Of a stretch of DNA of 64,000 nucleotides, positions 16,549 through 30,800 are shown in pieces. The number at the start of each line of letters is the position of its first letter. The stretch's first letter is position 1. The position numbers were made by a program, and so were the translations under genes. The DNA comes from Lama guanicoe (taxonomy: Eukaryota): NCBI GenBank assembly GCA_013239625.1, contig MU053136.1, forward strand, positions 204,017 through 268,016. Reading direction: 5' to 3'. The notes under the pieces are model-generated. The model saw only the letters and a program-made list of their open reading frames with translations, did not search any database and was not told the origin of the DNA.

Positions 16549-16650
16549 TGTGCTCTCGGCCACCTCCAACTCCGCCCAGTCTTAAATAGCCCTCCGCGCG
16601 CTGGCCCCGAGTCCCGCCTCCCAGAAGCAGGGTCCAATCCTGTCCTGGAG
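16549..16650 (-). promoter_or_regulatory. SLC26A10: SLC26A10 core promoter with TATA-like box, GC box and CCAAT
   Basis: TATTTAA on - strand at 16588-16582, GAGGCGGG about 16613-16620, CCAAT about 16634-16638. Lies in CpG-rich exon 1 region. ATG context ACAATGA. Confidence 0.55.
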
Positions 16651-18283
16651 GGCGCCCTCTCTTGGGGACCTTCTGCAGTCAGGAGACAGCTGCATCTTGG
16701 GGAGGGGATGTCTCTTATGTTAGGCGTTTCCTCAGACATCCTTGGCAGGACCGCTTGCTCTGGAGCCTGTGGGGGATGGCTGTGAAAAGGTGTAGGAGCC
16801 AGAGAAATAGGCCAGAAAACAAGCGCACCCCGACACCCACTGTTTGCCACTCCTGTCTTTTGACTCCCACCTCCTCACTCCCAGTTCCTTTCCACATCTG
16901 CACTTTGGGGAGAGACTCCTCTAGGGTTACTGGTCACTCTGAGGGCTGCTGTATTGGCCTCAGCAGTTTCACAAACTACCTAGATGGGAAGCAGCTCCAT
17001 ATATTGGCTAGGGATGGACAGAGAACCACCACCCCACACCTCTGCTGGGAGTGGCTGGGTCTAAATCCCCAGTTCAGGGCCTCAGGGGGAATACTGAACA
17101 GATAGGGAATTTTATTTCTCAGAAGCAAAAACCAGTGCACCACTATTTATTACATTCCAGTGCTATTCACATTGTAGGCACTCAACAACACTTGGTGGTC
17201 AAATTAAGTACAAAAGGTCACCCACCTATCTCATGTACCCCTGTGGTCCCTAAAGAGATACAAAGGTTCTGAGCTCCAAATCCTATTTTCCTCATCCCCT
17301 CCTCCATTCGCAAGAATCCTTAGCACCCCTCCCAATCACCCTCCAGTCCCAGTCCCTGACCCGAAAGCTCTGGGGGTGGGGTACAGTGAGGGTGGATCTC
17401 CCCTCTTCAATTCCTCCTATTGTTCCCCAGAAGTCTTATCTGGGCTGTACGTCCTGTCCCCCCCTTAGAGGTCCCTCCCCTCATTGTGGCCAGAGAGACC
17501 TCAGGCCCACAGGGAGGCTCCAGCTCCTCCTTGTCCCCCCACCCCAGCAGTCTATTGTCTGCTGAGGAAGCTCAAGTACACGTGACTGGGCCCAGGGGAC
17601 GAATGGACACAGTGGACACACCGATGCCCAAGGACCCAGGAAAGGGCATCTGGACATGCATCTCTGCACGTTTGGCTCTCTCTGTCCCTGGGAGGGGTGA
17701 AGACCCCTCTGGGCTCTCCACTCTTGGGTCTGTGGCTTGAAGAAGAATCCCTTCCTGCTCAGTATGGATATGCCCTACAACCTCCCAGACAGCAAAAATA
17801 AGGAGACCCAGAGCCAGAAGGAGCCATAGCGCCCAGCATCCTCTCCACCTCCCCGAGTTCCCTCAGCTGGACATGGAAGCCTCAGAAGGAAAGGTACATT
17901 GAGCTCTTGGTCCTTCAGAATCTGGGTGTCGGGGGGAATGGCGGGAGGTCACCCCAGAGTGGGCTTTCCAGTGGGTCTAGAATGGAGGCTAGATGGGAGG
18001 GAAAGAAGGGCTGGGCAAAGGGGAGGATATATCAGGGTTCTAGGGCTTCCCAGTGGCCCCAAGCTCCAGGACTGGACTGAGATGCTGCAACTGCAGGTAA
18101 GCGACAAAGATGACAACATCTTTTGTCTTACATACTGAGCCCTTCTCCTATCACAAGACCCCTCCTCAGACAATTGATTTGTGGGGCCAGCTGATCTCTT
18201 CCACACCCCTTCTCGCAGCTCAGCCCTACCTCTGCCTCCCCTGCCCTCTGCCAAGACAGCAGCCTTGGTGATATGACAAAACC

Positions 18284-18289
18284 TTTATT
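18284..18289 (-). terminator. ARHGEF25: Poly(A) signal AATAAA of ARHGEF25
   Basis: TTTATT on +, about 350 nt after the stop, preceded by a U-rich tract on the - strand. Confidence 0.75.
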
Positions 18290-18641
18290 CTCAGAAAACA
18301 GAAAAAACAAAATCAAAAACAAAACCAATAATTTCTTTCTGTCCCTTGCCCCAGACTATCTGGCCCTTGCCCCAGCCCTCCCCCCCACACACATATGTTC
18401 CTGTGATGGGGACCTGTGATGCATGCAAAGGGGTGGGAACTGAAGGAACCTATGTTCCTTGGGCAGAAAGAAGTCCTTTTAAGTCTAGGTACCCTCCTCC
18501 CAGTTGACACCACTCCCAGCCTTGCCCACCCTCCAGACACACCAAGAGGGAGGAATTCTGGGGCCATGCCAGAAGGGTTGCCCTTAAGTTCCTGGGGAAG
18601 CAGGGTGGCTCAGTCAGCACCACCCCTATGGCCTTTCCCAG

Positions 18642-21600
18642 TTACAGCTCATCTTCATCCAGCTTGGCAAGTCTGGCTTGGCAGGGAGAGGTGTTTGGAA
18701 TTGGTGGCACTGGAGGAGAGTCCTGAGGAGCCTGAGGGATGTCACTGAGGGCCTGAAGAAAGACTCAAGTCAGAGGATCAAAAAAGTTCAGGAATCCACC
18801 CTCACTCCTCTCTTATCAGTATAAGCCCCTTGCCAAGCCCCTCTTGTCAGACATCTTAGATTATCTGAGACCATCAGCTTCTCCTAGCATTAAACTGGAG
18901 TGCAGGAGGGCAAGAGATAGGAAGGAGGGAGGGGCAGACAAAAGGAAGGTGGTGGAAGAAGGAACGATATGGGGGAAAGAGGTCTGGGGATCCCAGAACA
19001 AGAGAGGCCCTCCTCATTCTGCCCCTACAACCTGCGAACTCCATTCCTCATACCTGTGTGTCCAGGGGCAGGGGGGCTCTGGCCACTTCCCCTTTGGGCA
19101 ACATCAGCAGAGAGGGGAGAGAGCCATTGATGGGTGTGCATGTGCTGACCTGGGCCCGGTCTCCAGGCCGAATTCTCCCAGGGCTCCCCACCCAAGGGCC
19201 TCCTGGCCGCCCCAGGCTGTTGGTCTGGCTCTCCCGTCTCTGGTACTCAATGGGTGACTGCAATGCTGGGCGAAGAGAGGAACAGAAGGAGGATTACAAC
19301 AGACACATCCCTTCCCAGGGGCTCTGCTCAGGCCATCCTCCCTCTCTGCTCTCCCTCCCGAGGACTGTCAGCCAACATAAGTTGCTTGGGGCTTTAGGGG
19401 GTTCTGAGTTACTAAATCTTGAGCAAGTAGTAGAAAAGTGAGGATGAGGGACAAAGAGATGCTGGGGGCAGGGGGCAGGGATTTTTGGAGATCGGGCAGT
19501 GAGGGATTCAGGAGATCAAAGGGCTGAGGGAGTATGTTGGGGAGGAAGGGCAAGAATTTCACCGTTGAGAAAGTCCCGCTGGCTTTCCAGGATCTGAGCC
19601 ACTTGCTTGATCCAGGCCTGACTGACCGCAGGGTCTGCAGTCTGCAGGATATAGCGCTGGATCCCACCCTCTGGCCCTCTGGAGGTCAGTGCAAAGCGGC
19701 AAGGGTCACCTTGGAGGTTCCCCTCCAGTCCCAGGCAGCTCACCTGGATTGGCAAATAGGAGGTAGCCCCCAGATTCTTCAGGCCCTCTCTGGTTCATCC
19801 CCTCTCCAACAAATCCAAGAGCCAGACATTGTCTCAGAGGCCTCCCCACTCCCAGTCAGACCCCACCCTCGGGGCCCCCTCCCCACCTTGATGCTGCTCT
19901 TGTACACATATCCAGGCTGCGTTCCACCTCGCGCTCCTCCTCCCAGGGCCTCACTGAAGATGACGATTTGCTCAAAGAGGAAGACGCGCCTCTCTCGACC
20001 CCGGGAAGAGAGCAGACCCCCAGCCTCGGGTTCCGTGACCCAGAATGTGTCCTGGCCCAAGAGCTTCCCCTGAGCAGTCAGTTTGCCCTAAAATCAAAGG
20101 AGAGTGGCCTTTGAGGAAAACAAGAAGAGAAAGGGGGCAACCCTCTGCTCTTCCCTCCTTCCCCTGACACTTCCAACCAACCATGGGGTCAGCCCCAGAA
20201 GAGGACAGCTCCCCATCAGAACCACCTGAGTGCTCAGCTTGGGCCAGAAAAGCCTTGCTCCTTCCCTGTACCTCAAACCCCCGCAGTCTCCCCAGGGTCA
20301 TCATGTCATTGCAGCGCTTGGGTACGAAGCACATGACCTCCACGGCTTGCTGGGACACAGGTGAAGAGAGGATCATTGCCATTGTTGGGAAAGAGACCCC
20401 TTCGGACCATGTTTCGACCCCCAACCAGCCTCCCCCTAAAAACCAGACAGCTCCACACCACCCAAGGAGCGGGCAGAACCCAGCAGACTAAGCAGATAAA
20501 GTGTGCATGGTGTGTTTATGAGACCTGGGGGTCCTCACCTCTAGCTCTTCAGTATCCATCCCAGCTCTGCTATAATACTTGAGAAAATCCTATGACATAG
20601 AAAAGAAATGCTCAGGGAGGTCACGAGGACATCCTCAAAAGCTCTCACACCCTCCCCTGGGAACACAGGTGAGGACCCCCAGGAAGTCTTGTGGGTAGCC
20701 TTAGGAACCCTGGGGAGGTGAGGGAGGAAATGGCCATCCCCGCCCGCTGTGCCCCCAGGGAACAGGTGGTCCTGACCTTGAGCAGCAGCTGGTACTTCAT
20801 GATCCTCTGCACTGGCTTGATGAGGAGGTCATTGAGCTGCAGGCGGTGCCCCAGCTGCTGCCGGAGCTCCTGGGGATAGGGACAGACAGGGTGGCTTTGC
20901 AGCTTGGGAAGCCTGTTCATGCTGATGATTCTGTTCCCCTTCCCCCAACGTGTCTCAGCCACTGACCTCAAAGTAGCTGTCCCCAAATTCTGACACCACA
21001 TGCTCTGACTTGGGCTTATTCTGACAGTACACCACGTACATATGCAGCCGGCGCTCCTACGGGAGTAAAATTTAAGAAAGAGTAGATGTGTGAGGAGAGA
21101 GGGCACTTCTTTAGGGCTCCGTGACCCACTCAAAAGCCCCTCCCTTCCTGGGTCCCACTCTCTCTAGCCTCACATGTTTGATGAATAGCTGAGCCAGCCA
21201 ATCAGGGTCCTTCAAACACTGCTGTAACTCCTGCAGGAAATAGCTGGAGAGGTGGGGCAGGGTGGGGGGAAGGCAGGTCAATTACCCCCACCCCAAACAA
21301 TTCAGAGCTGTCTGCCCTAGTAGTGCTCCCTGCGAAGCCTTCCCAAACATTCCTCAGGCAGCAGGGGACCCATGGGTAGGATACAGAGACCACCAGACGT
21401 GCGCCCCTCCCCCTCACTCTCAGGGTCCACCACTCACTCTCGATGCCACTCGTAGATTTGCTGGATGTTCCCAAACACAATCCTGTCACGGCCCCGAAGG
21501 CTCTCGGGGACCCCCTGAGCAGCCATGGTGGCCATGTAACCCTGTGGAAAGTTTGAGTGGGAGCACAGGTGTGTGGGTTCAGCCCTGGTGGGAAACCCTC

Positions 21601-23580
21601 CTCCCCAAGAAGTCCAGGATGTAGGGGAGACTGGGAAGGTGGGACAGCGGAGCACCAAGGCATCTCCTAAAATCAGGTCTGGGAGAGGGAAAGGGAGCTA
21701 CCTCCACAATCTGCCCCAAGTCGTCCACGTACATTTTCTCTGTCTCTACCAGCTCACTCAGGACATACCTGGGGTGAGAACAACTGCTTGAGCCACTTCC
21801 TCCCTCCTGGACTAGAAGCCCCTTCATTACCACAGACAACCTTAGAGGACATTCCAAGTCTCAAATCTAAAATGTGAAGAACAGTCCCCTGGAAGTGGTG
21901 TGATTAGGGGAGTCGGGGAGGGAAAGTGTGGGTACACTTACATACTCCTTTCCAGAGCCTTCTTCTTCTGTTCTTCCTCACTCTCAGGAGCTTGGGACAA
22001 AGTCTCCTCTTCAGGTGGCTGGAAGGAAGAACATCCTAGAGTAAGCAGATGGATGCCTCTGGGTGAGGGGAGCCACCCTAGACTCATTTCTTCATACCTG
22101 CGTCTTATCCCCAGGGCCCCCCAACAATGTGGTCAGCAAGGTCAGTTCTGGCAGCTCCTCTCCTGCAGCTAGAGCTGGTTCCAGCATCCAGTTCTGGGGA
22201 CCAGAAGTGAAGTCTCAAAGATCAGGGACAGTAGCAGGATCTCCCCAATGACAGGGGCCCCCAACCTGCCCTCTCTCCCAGTGTCCTTCATAGATGTCCT
22301 TCATGCTTCTGTGGTGCTCCCTGCTCACCTCATACAGTCCAGTCCGGCCGCGGTCCGCCTCAGTTTCCACACTGAAACAATGTTTGGAATGATCCAACCA
22401 TCTTCTCAGGCCACTGACTGGCCCTGGGGGGCCCGGGGAACAGGGGCCAGAGCTGAGGCCAGAGCTGGGGCCAGAGGGGGCAGCCAGACCCGAGGCAGCT
22501 GAAGCCGAGATGCTCCCCTCACTGCCAGCAATGGAATAGGATTCTAGTGTGGGAGTGAGGGAGAAAGGGGGTGATAGATATTGCTTCAGCTCCAGATTCA
22601 GGGTCCCTGGGGAGCTCCCCAAGTCTCTACTCTGTGATGCTCAGCCCCACTCCAAGGCTCACTCTCTTGCCATTCTCATTTGAGTTGGCCAGGAGAGAAA
22701 ATTTCACCAGGGCACCCTTGGGAGGAAGGACAGTAAACACCTGGCTCCCCAGGCCTGGAACCCCCAGTTACATGTGGAGGTTCCCCCATACCCTGAGCAT
22801 GGCACCAACATGGGGGTGGGGGTAGCCATCTGGGCAGACACTGGAAGCTGGGGGTGGCCATCTGCTCTCCTACAACCCTCCCCTTTCCAGTGGGTACAGA
22901 CCATTCTCTGAGAATGGGGGGAGAGCAAGAGCTAAGAGCCCATCTGCCACCCCCAGACCCTTCCTCCACCCATTGCAGTAATCACTATAAAAAGAAAAGA
23001 TTTCTGCAGCCCACCTCCCCAACACATGCAAAAATCCAACACGGGGCAAATGAGGAGAGCTCATCAGGGCTGTCCTTGGCCTGGACTCAGAGACAGCAGA
23101 TGCAATCTGTGATAAGGCCCCTGGTAGACCTCCTCGTTCCTCATTCCTCCTTCCCCCTGTCCCTCTGCAGATCTGAAGTAGATGCTCAGCAAAAGGATTT
23201 GAGGGAAGATGTGGTTGTAGGCCTACAGGGATTGTGGGTGGGTTTTTCTCATACCCAGTTGACTATGGGGAAGAGGAGTCCCCTGCCCCTTCCCCAATTT
23301 CCTTAACTTGAACTGATAGACGTGGAGGCAGAATGGATTTTAGAGATCATCTATTAAGTCACTTTCCTGGAAAACACAAGTATAGTCGCCAGCCTCTAAA
23401 TCCCTAGGGCCAGGGCAAACAGACGTCCTGAACCATCAGCCCGCCCCCCACTCAACACTGGGCCCTCGCAACCTCGCACTCACCACGTCCCCCCCGGGCG
23501 AAGCAGCAGCCGCATTTTGCCAGCACTTTTCGGATCACAAAGGGACAGGCACAGCGACTCCCCTTTTGCCCCCCCCGCAT
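18642..23580 (-). CDS. ARHGEF25: Rho guanine nucleotide exchange factor 25 (p63RhoGEF/GEFT), 580 aa, 15 exons
   Basis: Exons 23580-23484, 22543-22329, 22193-22098, 22018-21942, 21768-21702, 21541-21438, 21243-21174, 21056-20967, 20869-20777, 20589-20539, 20349-20272, 20087-19887, 19743-19563, 19265-19054, 18752-18642. Sum 1743 nt. DH domain ([13 protein letters not shown]...[16 protein letters not shown]), PH domain, and the Gaq-binding extension [12 protein letters not shown]. Confidence 0.96.
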
Positions 23581-25430
23581 GGCGCCCGGGCCCCCCCACA
23601 CCCCCCACCCGAGCCGGCCATGCAGGGGAAATCACGGGGGGCGGGGCGGGGACGGCGCAGGGCGCACACCCCCCCTCCCTCCTACCCCGCTCCAGGCTGG
23701 GGAAGGGGGGGAGGGAGGGAACAGGGAAGAGGGGTCCAGGGGGAGGCAGAAGTCTGGTCTGGGGAGGGCTGGGGGCTTTGCAGAAAGGGCGGCGCGGGGC
23801 CTGGCCGCCGAGCTAGGCGGGGAGGGTTTCCGGAACCCAGTCGGTGCGGGGCCCAGGGTCCAGATGTCCAGCAGGGAGGGGAGGGATGGTGGAGGAGGCT
23901 GGGCCGGGTTGCGGCAGCCGCTCCGGCTCCGTCTCCGGCCTCTCAGGTTGGGGGTGGTTCTAGGTCCGGGGAGGGGAGGAGGCGGGGGCCGACTCCCCGA
24001 GTCACTGGCGCTGCGCGGGTCCCGGCCGAGCTGCGAGCCGAATAACAGGCCCCGCCGCCCGGCCGCCGAGGGGAGGGGCCTCCGCGGCCCGGCTCCGCCC
24101 TCTACCTCCCTTTCCCTCTTGAGCCTGTGCGGGGTTCCCGCCCCAATCCCCCCTCCCCCAGGCACCACGGCGTTCCCACTCCACGTCCCCAGCGCCTCCG
24201 CCCCTCCTCTCCAGCCTGGGCTCACTCGCCCCGGGTTCCCCTCCCTCCCGCATCTCGGGCTCTGGCTGAGGAGCGCTGGGGTGGGGGTTAAGCCCGGCGG
24301 CAGGGTCTTCTCGGGTCTCCCCTCGCCTCTGCGGTGGAGAAGGGCGCGGCGGATGGGGCCTTGGCCTGCGCGAAGATGTCCTGGGGTTGGGACTGTCCCT
24401 AGCCGCGCATGGGTGGACAAGGCTCCCCAGAAGGGGGTGCGTGAATGGGGAGCTCTTTGTGGGGAACACAGCCCAGGTGCCGCCCCCTGGCCGGACCCTT
24501 CTTCCGTCTAGGCCCCGGGACTCCAGCTGAGGCTAATCACCAATTAAGGCGAAGTCCTGGAGCCTGCTCTGGCGAGGGGCCAGGGGTGGGGCGCGGGGAC
24601 AGTCCACCAGCAGGGGCTCGGGACCCACTGAAGTGGGGGGACACACAGCGGACTGGAGGGCGCCAAGAAGCGTGGAGAGCTCAGCCTTTAAATGGGTCTC
24701 ATGCAAATTAGATGCGAACATTTATGCTAGTAAGAGCAGCGTATTTTTGAATCCGCCACTTTGCGCAGGATGGCAAACTGTGCCCCGCCCCACCCTACTC
24801 TCAGCTTACCGGGCAGCGGAGCCCAGGCGGGGACCTCACGTTCGCGCTCACCTCTCACATCCCCCTCCTTACAGTTAGACTCTGAATCGGTATCCCCCGG
24901 CCCTAGGGGGCTTCTCTTCGGGGGCTGCAGGGATAGAATGATCGTAAGAAACCCGCTCTTCACTCCCAGACCTGACCTCCTGCTTCCCCTCCTCCCTCCT
25001 GTCAAAATCCACTTCGTTATAAAAGGGTCGCCAAGGCTAGGGTGGAGGAAGTTCGTGCCTATGGTCCTCTTAGTGGAACTCTCGGATTCCTACGACTGCC
25101 CCAAGAATTCTTGTTTGCGGGTAAACTGAGTTCTGGGGTGCAGCCATCATGAAGGCCCCTTAAGATCCCAGACACCACGGTGGCCCCCCTTTCTTACCCC
25201 CTCCGGCCCGGGTAGGGCACATGCTCGCAGCATGCCCCCCATGACCTCCAGCATCCGGTCCGTGCGGCCAGGGGCGGGGCGGTCCGGGGGCTTCATGCTG
25301 GACCCCTACCCTCCTCCAAGTTTCAGAGCCGAGGGGGCACGGAAGCTGGGGGGCTCTGAGGCCTGCGCGCGTCCGGGGAGTTGCCCGCGCCGAACCCGCC
25401 CCCTGCCCGGCTCCGCCCCTACTCCCACCC
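23420..25430 (-). promoter_or_regulatory. ARHGEF25: CpG island with two ARHGEF25 promoters
   Basis: GC/CpG-rich stretch covering both first coding exons, with GC boxes. Confidence 0.8.
24810..25296 (-). CDS. ARHGEF25: ARHGEF25 alternative N-terminal exons (619-aa isoform)
   Basis: Exons 25296-25198 (MKPPDRPAPGRTDRMLEVMGGMLRACALPGPEG) and 24924-24810 (PPKRSPLG...WAPLP). Both have GTAAG donors. The phase-1 end fits exon 22543. Total 1860 nt. Confidence 0.85.
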
Positions 25431-25722
25431 CAGCCAAACTTTTCAAAAGTGGTAGGGTTGTTCCTTTCTCTACAACCCGTAGTTCAACAGCAAACAAACC
25501 CCTCTTAATCCTTACTCCAACGTCGAAGCACGATCCAGGGCTTTGCAGTGTCATCCTGGGGCCCACCAAGTATATGCCGTTTTCCCAAAGAGACTGAGGA
25601 GGCCCACAGAGAGTTCCCGAACACAGCCCCCTTCCCCTTCTCAGCAGGTCTGGCTCCCCACCCCACCCCCTCTCCGATCCACGAAACAGAACGGGTGTGG
25701 CATAGAGAGTTGCATATTTTAC

Positions 25723-25734
25723 TTTATTTTTATT
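25723..25734 (-). terminator. DTX3: Tandem AATAAA poly(A) signals of DTX3
   Basis: TTTATTTTTATT on the + strand. Confidence 0.8.
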
Positions 25735-26337
25735 AAATTAAAAGCTACAGTCTGGCGGCGATTCCAGAACAGGGTAAGGAGGCTCCTTATAGGGGGCAGA
25801 GAAGAGCGAGAGAAAGACTGACAGAGACAGAGACACAGGAGAGGAAGGGCAAGGTTAAGGTAGAAGGCGAATTGTTTCGGAAGAACACACGCGGCCGGCT
25901 CCAAGGGGGCTCCCAGCAGCCGGATTCCCCCTCCCTCCGCACGGAAGTTCTACAGTGGGGTAGTATGTGAGGGTGGGGGGGTTCAAGAGACCCTCCCCTC
26001 CCCACCCAGGTCCTTTCTCAGCTTAGTCACTGGAGCACAGCACATACCAGAAGAAGCCAAGGGCAATGGAGGGGGCGGGGAGACTGGGAGTATGTACACA
26101 GGGAGGAGGGGAGCAGAGCCTGGGACATAAGCCTCTGCCAGAAGGGAGTGGCTCACACTGCACTGAAGCACTCAGCCTGTGGGGGACTGGGGAAGGGATC
26201 ACCCCTCCCTGTCTGAACTCCTTCCCCAGTAGACAGTCCCCTACTCGAGTGGTGTGGGGGGCAGAGGGAGAGAGAGAGCAGAGGCTTCCGTTGGGTCCTA
26301 CTGGAGAACGGCAGGGGCCTCAAAAAGGGGATGTCTT

Positions 26338-29022
<2,685 letters not shown>

Positions 29023-30249
29023 GCAGGCTCTCTCTCTCTGTCCCTGCTCCCTACTTGTAGGTTGTGTGACCTGGTGGGTGGAAAGGGAAAGAGGGAAAGT
29101 GAGAAATCCCTTCCCCCATTCCCACACACCCCAACCCAGCAGCCCATGGAACGGAAACAGAACCTGGGTGTAAGTTACTGAAGATGGGGTAACTTGGAAC
29201 ATCGAGTGGAGGAAACCAATTTAAAAGTGAAAGTTGAGGTTCTCATGGAAGGCAGGTACCTGGAAAGCCCATGGACGATGCTGACAGCTGCAGAAATCCC
29301 TGTTTGCACACTCAGCTGACCAGGCCTGGGGGATGGGCAGAGTGGAGGGGTAAAAGGTTAGGATGACAAATATTACCATTTTCCCATCAGCCCAGAAACA
29401 AAACAAAAACTCCTCTTCCATTTCCTCTTCTTGTCTCTTGCAGAATTCCATCCCCAGCCTCTCGCCAAACTGCTAAAGAAGGAACTTCAACATGCTAACT
29501 TTCCTCTGTCTTCCCCAGCTCTGAGGCTCTTAAGAAAGCCTAGGGACACAGCTGAGAGAAGTCAGTAAGGGAAAAGCCCACACAGATAGAGGTCTTTTTT
29601 GCCACCTCCCTCAGATCACATGGACAAGAATATTTCCTTTTCTCCTCAACTCCTCGCCCTGCTCCATGTTTCCAAATAATTCAGCCCCTATGCTGGGGAG
29701 CCTTCCTTGAGAGCTAACCCAGTCCCTTCTGCTGGAGTCTGGAATGCCGACGAAGTGACAGCAGCCCCTACAGTCACAAAGTTCTCACTGTCAGCTTTTA
29801 AACCCAGGACTCGAAGTCCAAGCCTGTCAGCAACCTAGGCTGCATTTAGGGACGGGTGGGGCTCACGCAGGGGATGGACTAGAGGAGCCTGTTTCCCGAG
29901 TCTTGTCGTGTTCAGCTAGGAACTGGCCCTACAGTACCTCCAAATGCAGCCCAAAGAGGAAGAAGGGCCGTTACTGTGACCTCAATTCCTTGGCTGATCC
30001 AAAGGGGAACAGCTCTCCTTTTGTGCTTCCATCGTAGTCCCCTCAAGGCCAGAGGCACCTCAAGATTCAGAAAGTGAAACTGGAACCCTAAAGCCTCAGG
30101 TCATACTGTCCATCCAGGTGGAACACCCCCTCCCCATATGGCAGAGGGAAGCCAGGACTTAAGTGTCCCTTGCTCCAAGTCCTGCTGGCACAGAAAAGGG
30201 AGGCGGGGCCACAGTTTATGCTGGGTCTCTGATTCCTCTGGGGCAACCC

Positions 30250-30800
30250 AGGCCGGACACAGGGCCAGTCCCTCCCGCCAGACAGAGGCCGGCGACAGGG
30301 GCAGCTGGGAAGGACCAGGGTCCCTGGGGCATCAGCGGAGGCATCTCCACCCCTCCCCCCACGACATCCTGCAAGACCCGACCCGGAACCACCTCCCCAG
30401 ATCCCCCTCTGGCCGGAGCCCCCGGAGTCCCACCACTGGGTGGGGGTGCATGTCGGCCCCATCGCGGGCCCCGGAACCCCCAAATGGAGGCCAAGGCTGG
30501 AGGGTGATAGAAAGAGGATCCGCCGGGCCCGGAGGGGCCCCCGGCGCCGCGCGCGGGGGAAGGAGGCGGAGGAGGGGGCGCAGGGGGAGCGGGAGGGCGC
30601 GCAGGGGGTGCGAGGAGGGCCCGGGGGGGCGCGCGGTGGGTGTGGGGGGCGCCGGGCTCACCTACCTCTCGTCAGCGCCGCCATTGCCGGTCACATGACT
30701 GAGGCTGTTGCTGGGATGACGGTCTGGGCCTTAGCAACAAGGGGGGGGAGACCCCGAGAAGGTGGGGGATATTTTCCAGGGGGTGCAGACTGAGGGAAAG
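30250..30800 (-). promoter_or_regulatory. DTX3: DTX3 CpG island promoter and first non-coding exon (donor near 30666); further 5'UTR exon 29325-29260
   Basis: CpG-rich. Donor GAG|GTAGGTGAG on -. YY1-like GCCGCCATTG and E-box GTCACATGAC. Exon 29325-29260 has CAG acceptor and CAG|GTAC donor. Confidence 0.7.

Noticed and set aside
16549..16569. ORF-track start MEVAEST for SLC26A10
   Set aside because: Begins at TTG. The first ATG is at 16548 and matches the ortholog-like MSG start.
23517..24711. 310-aa and 262-aa ORFs in the ARHGEF25 island
   Set aside because: Low-complexity GC artefacts with no recognisable domain.
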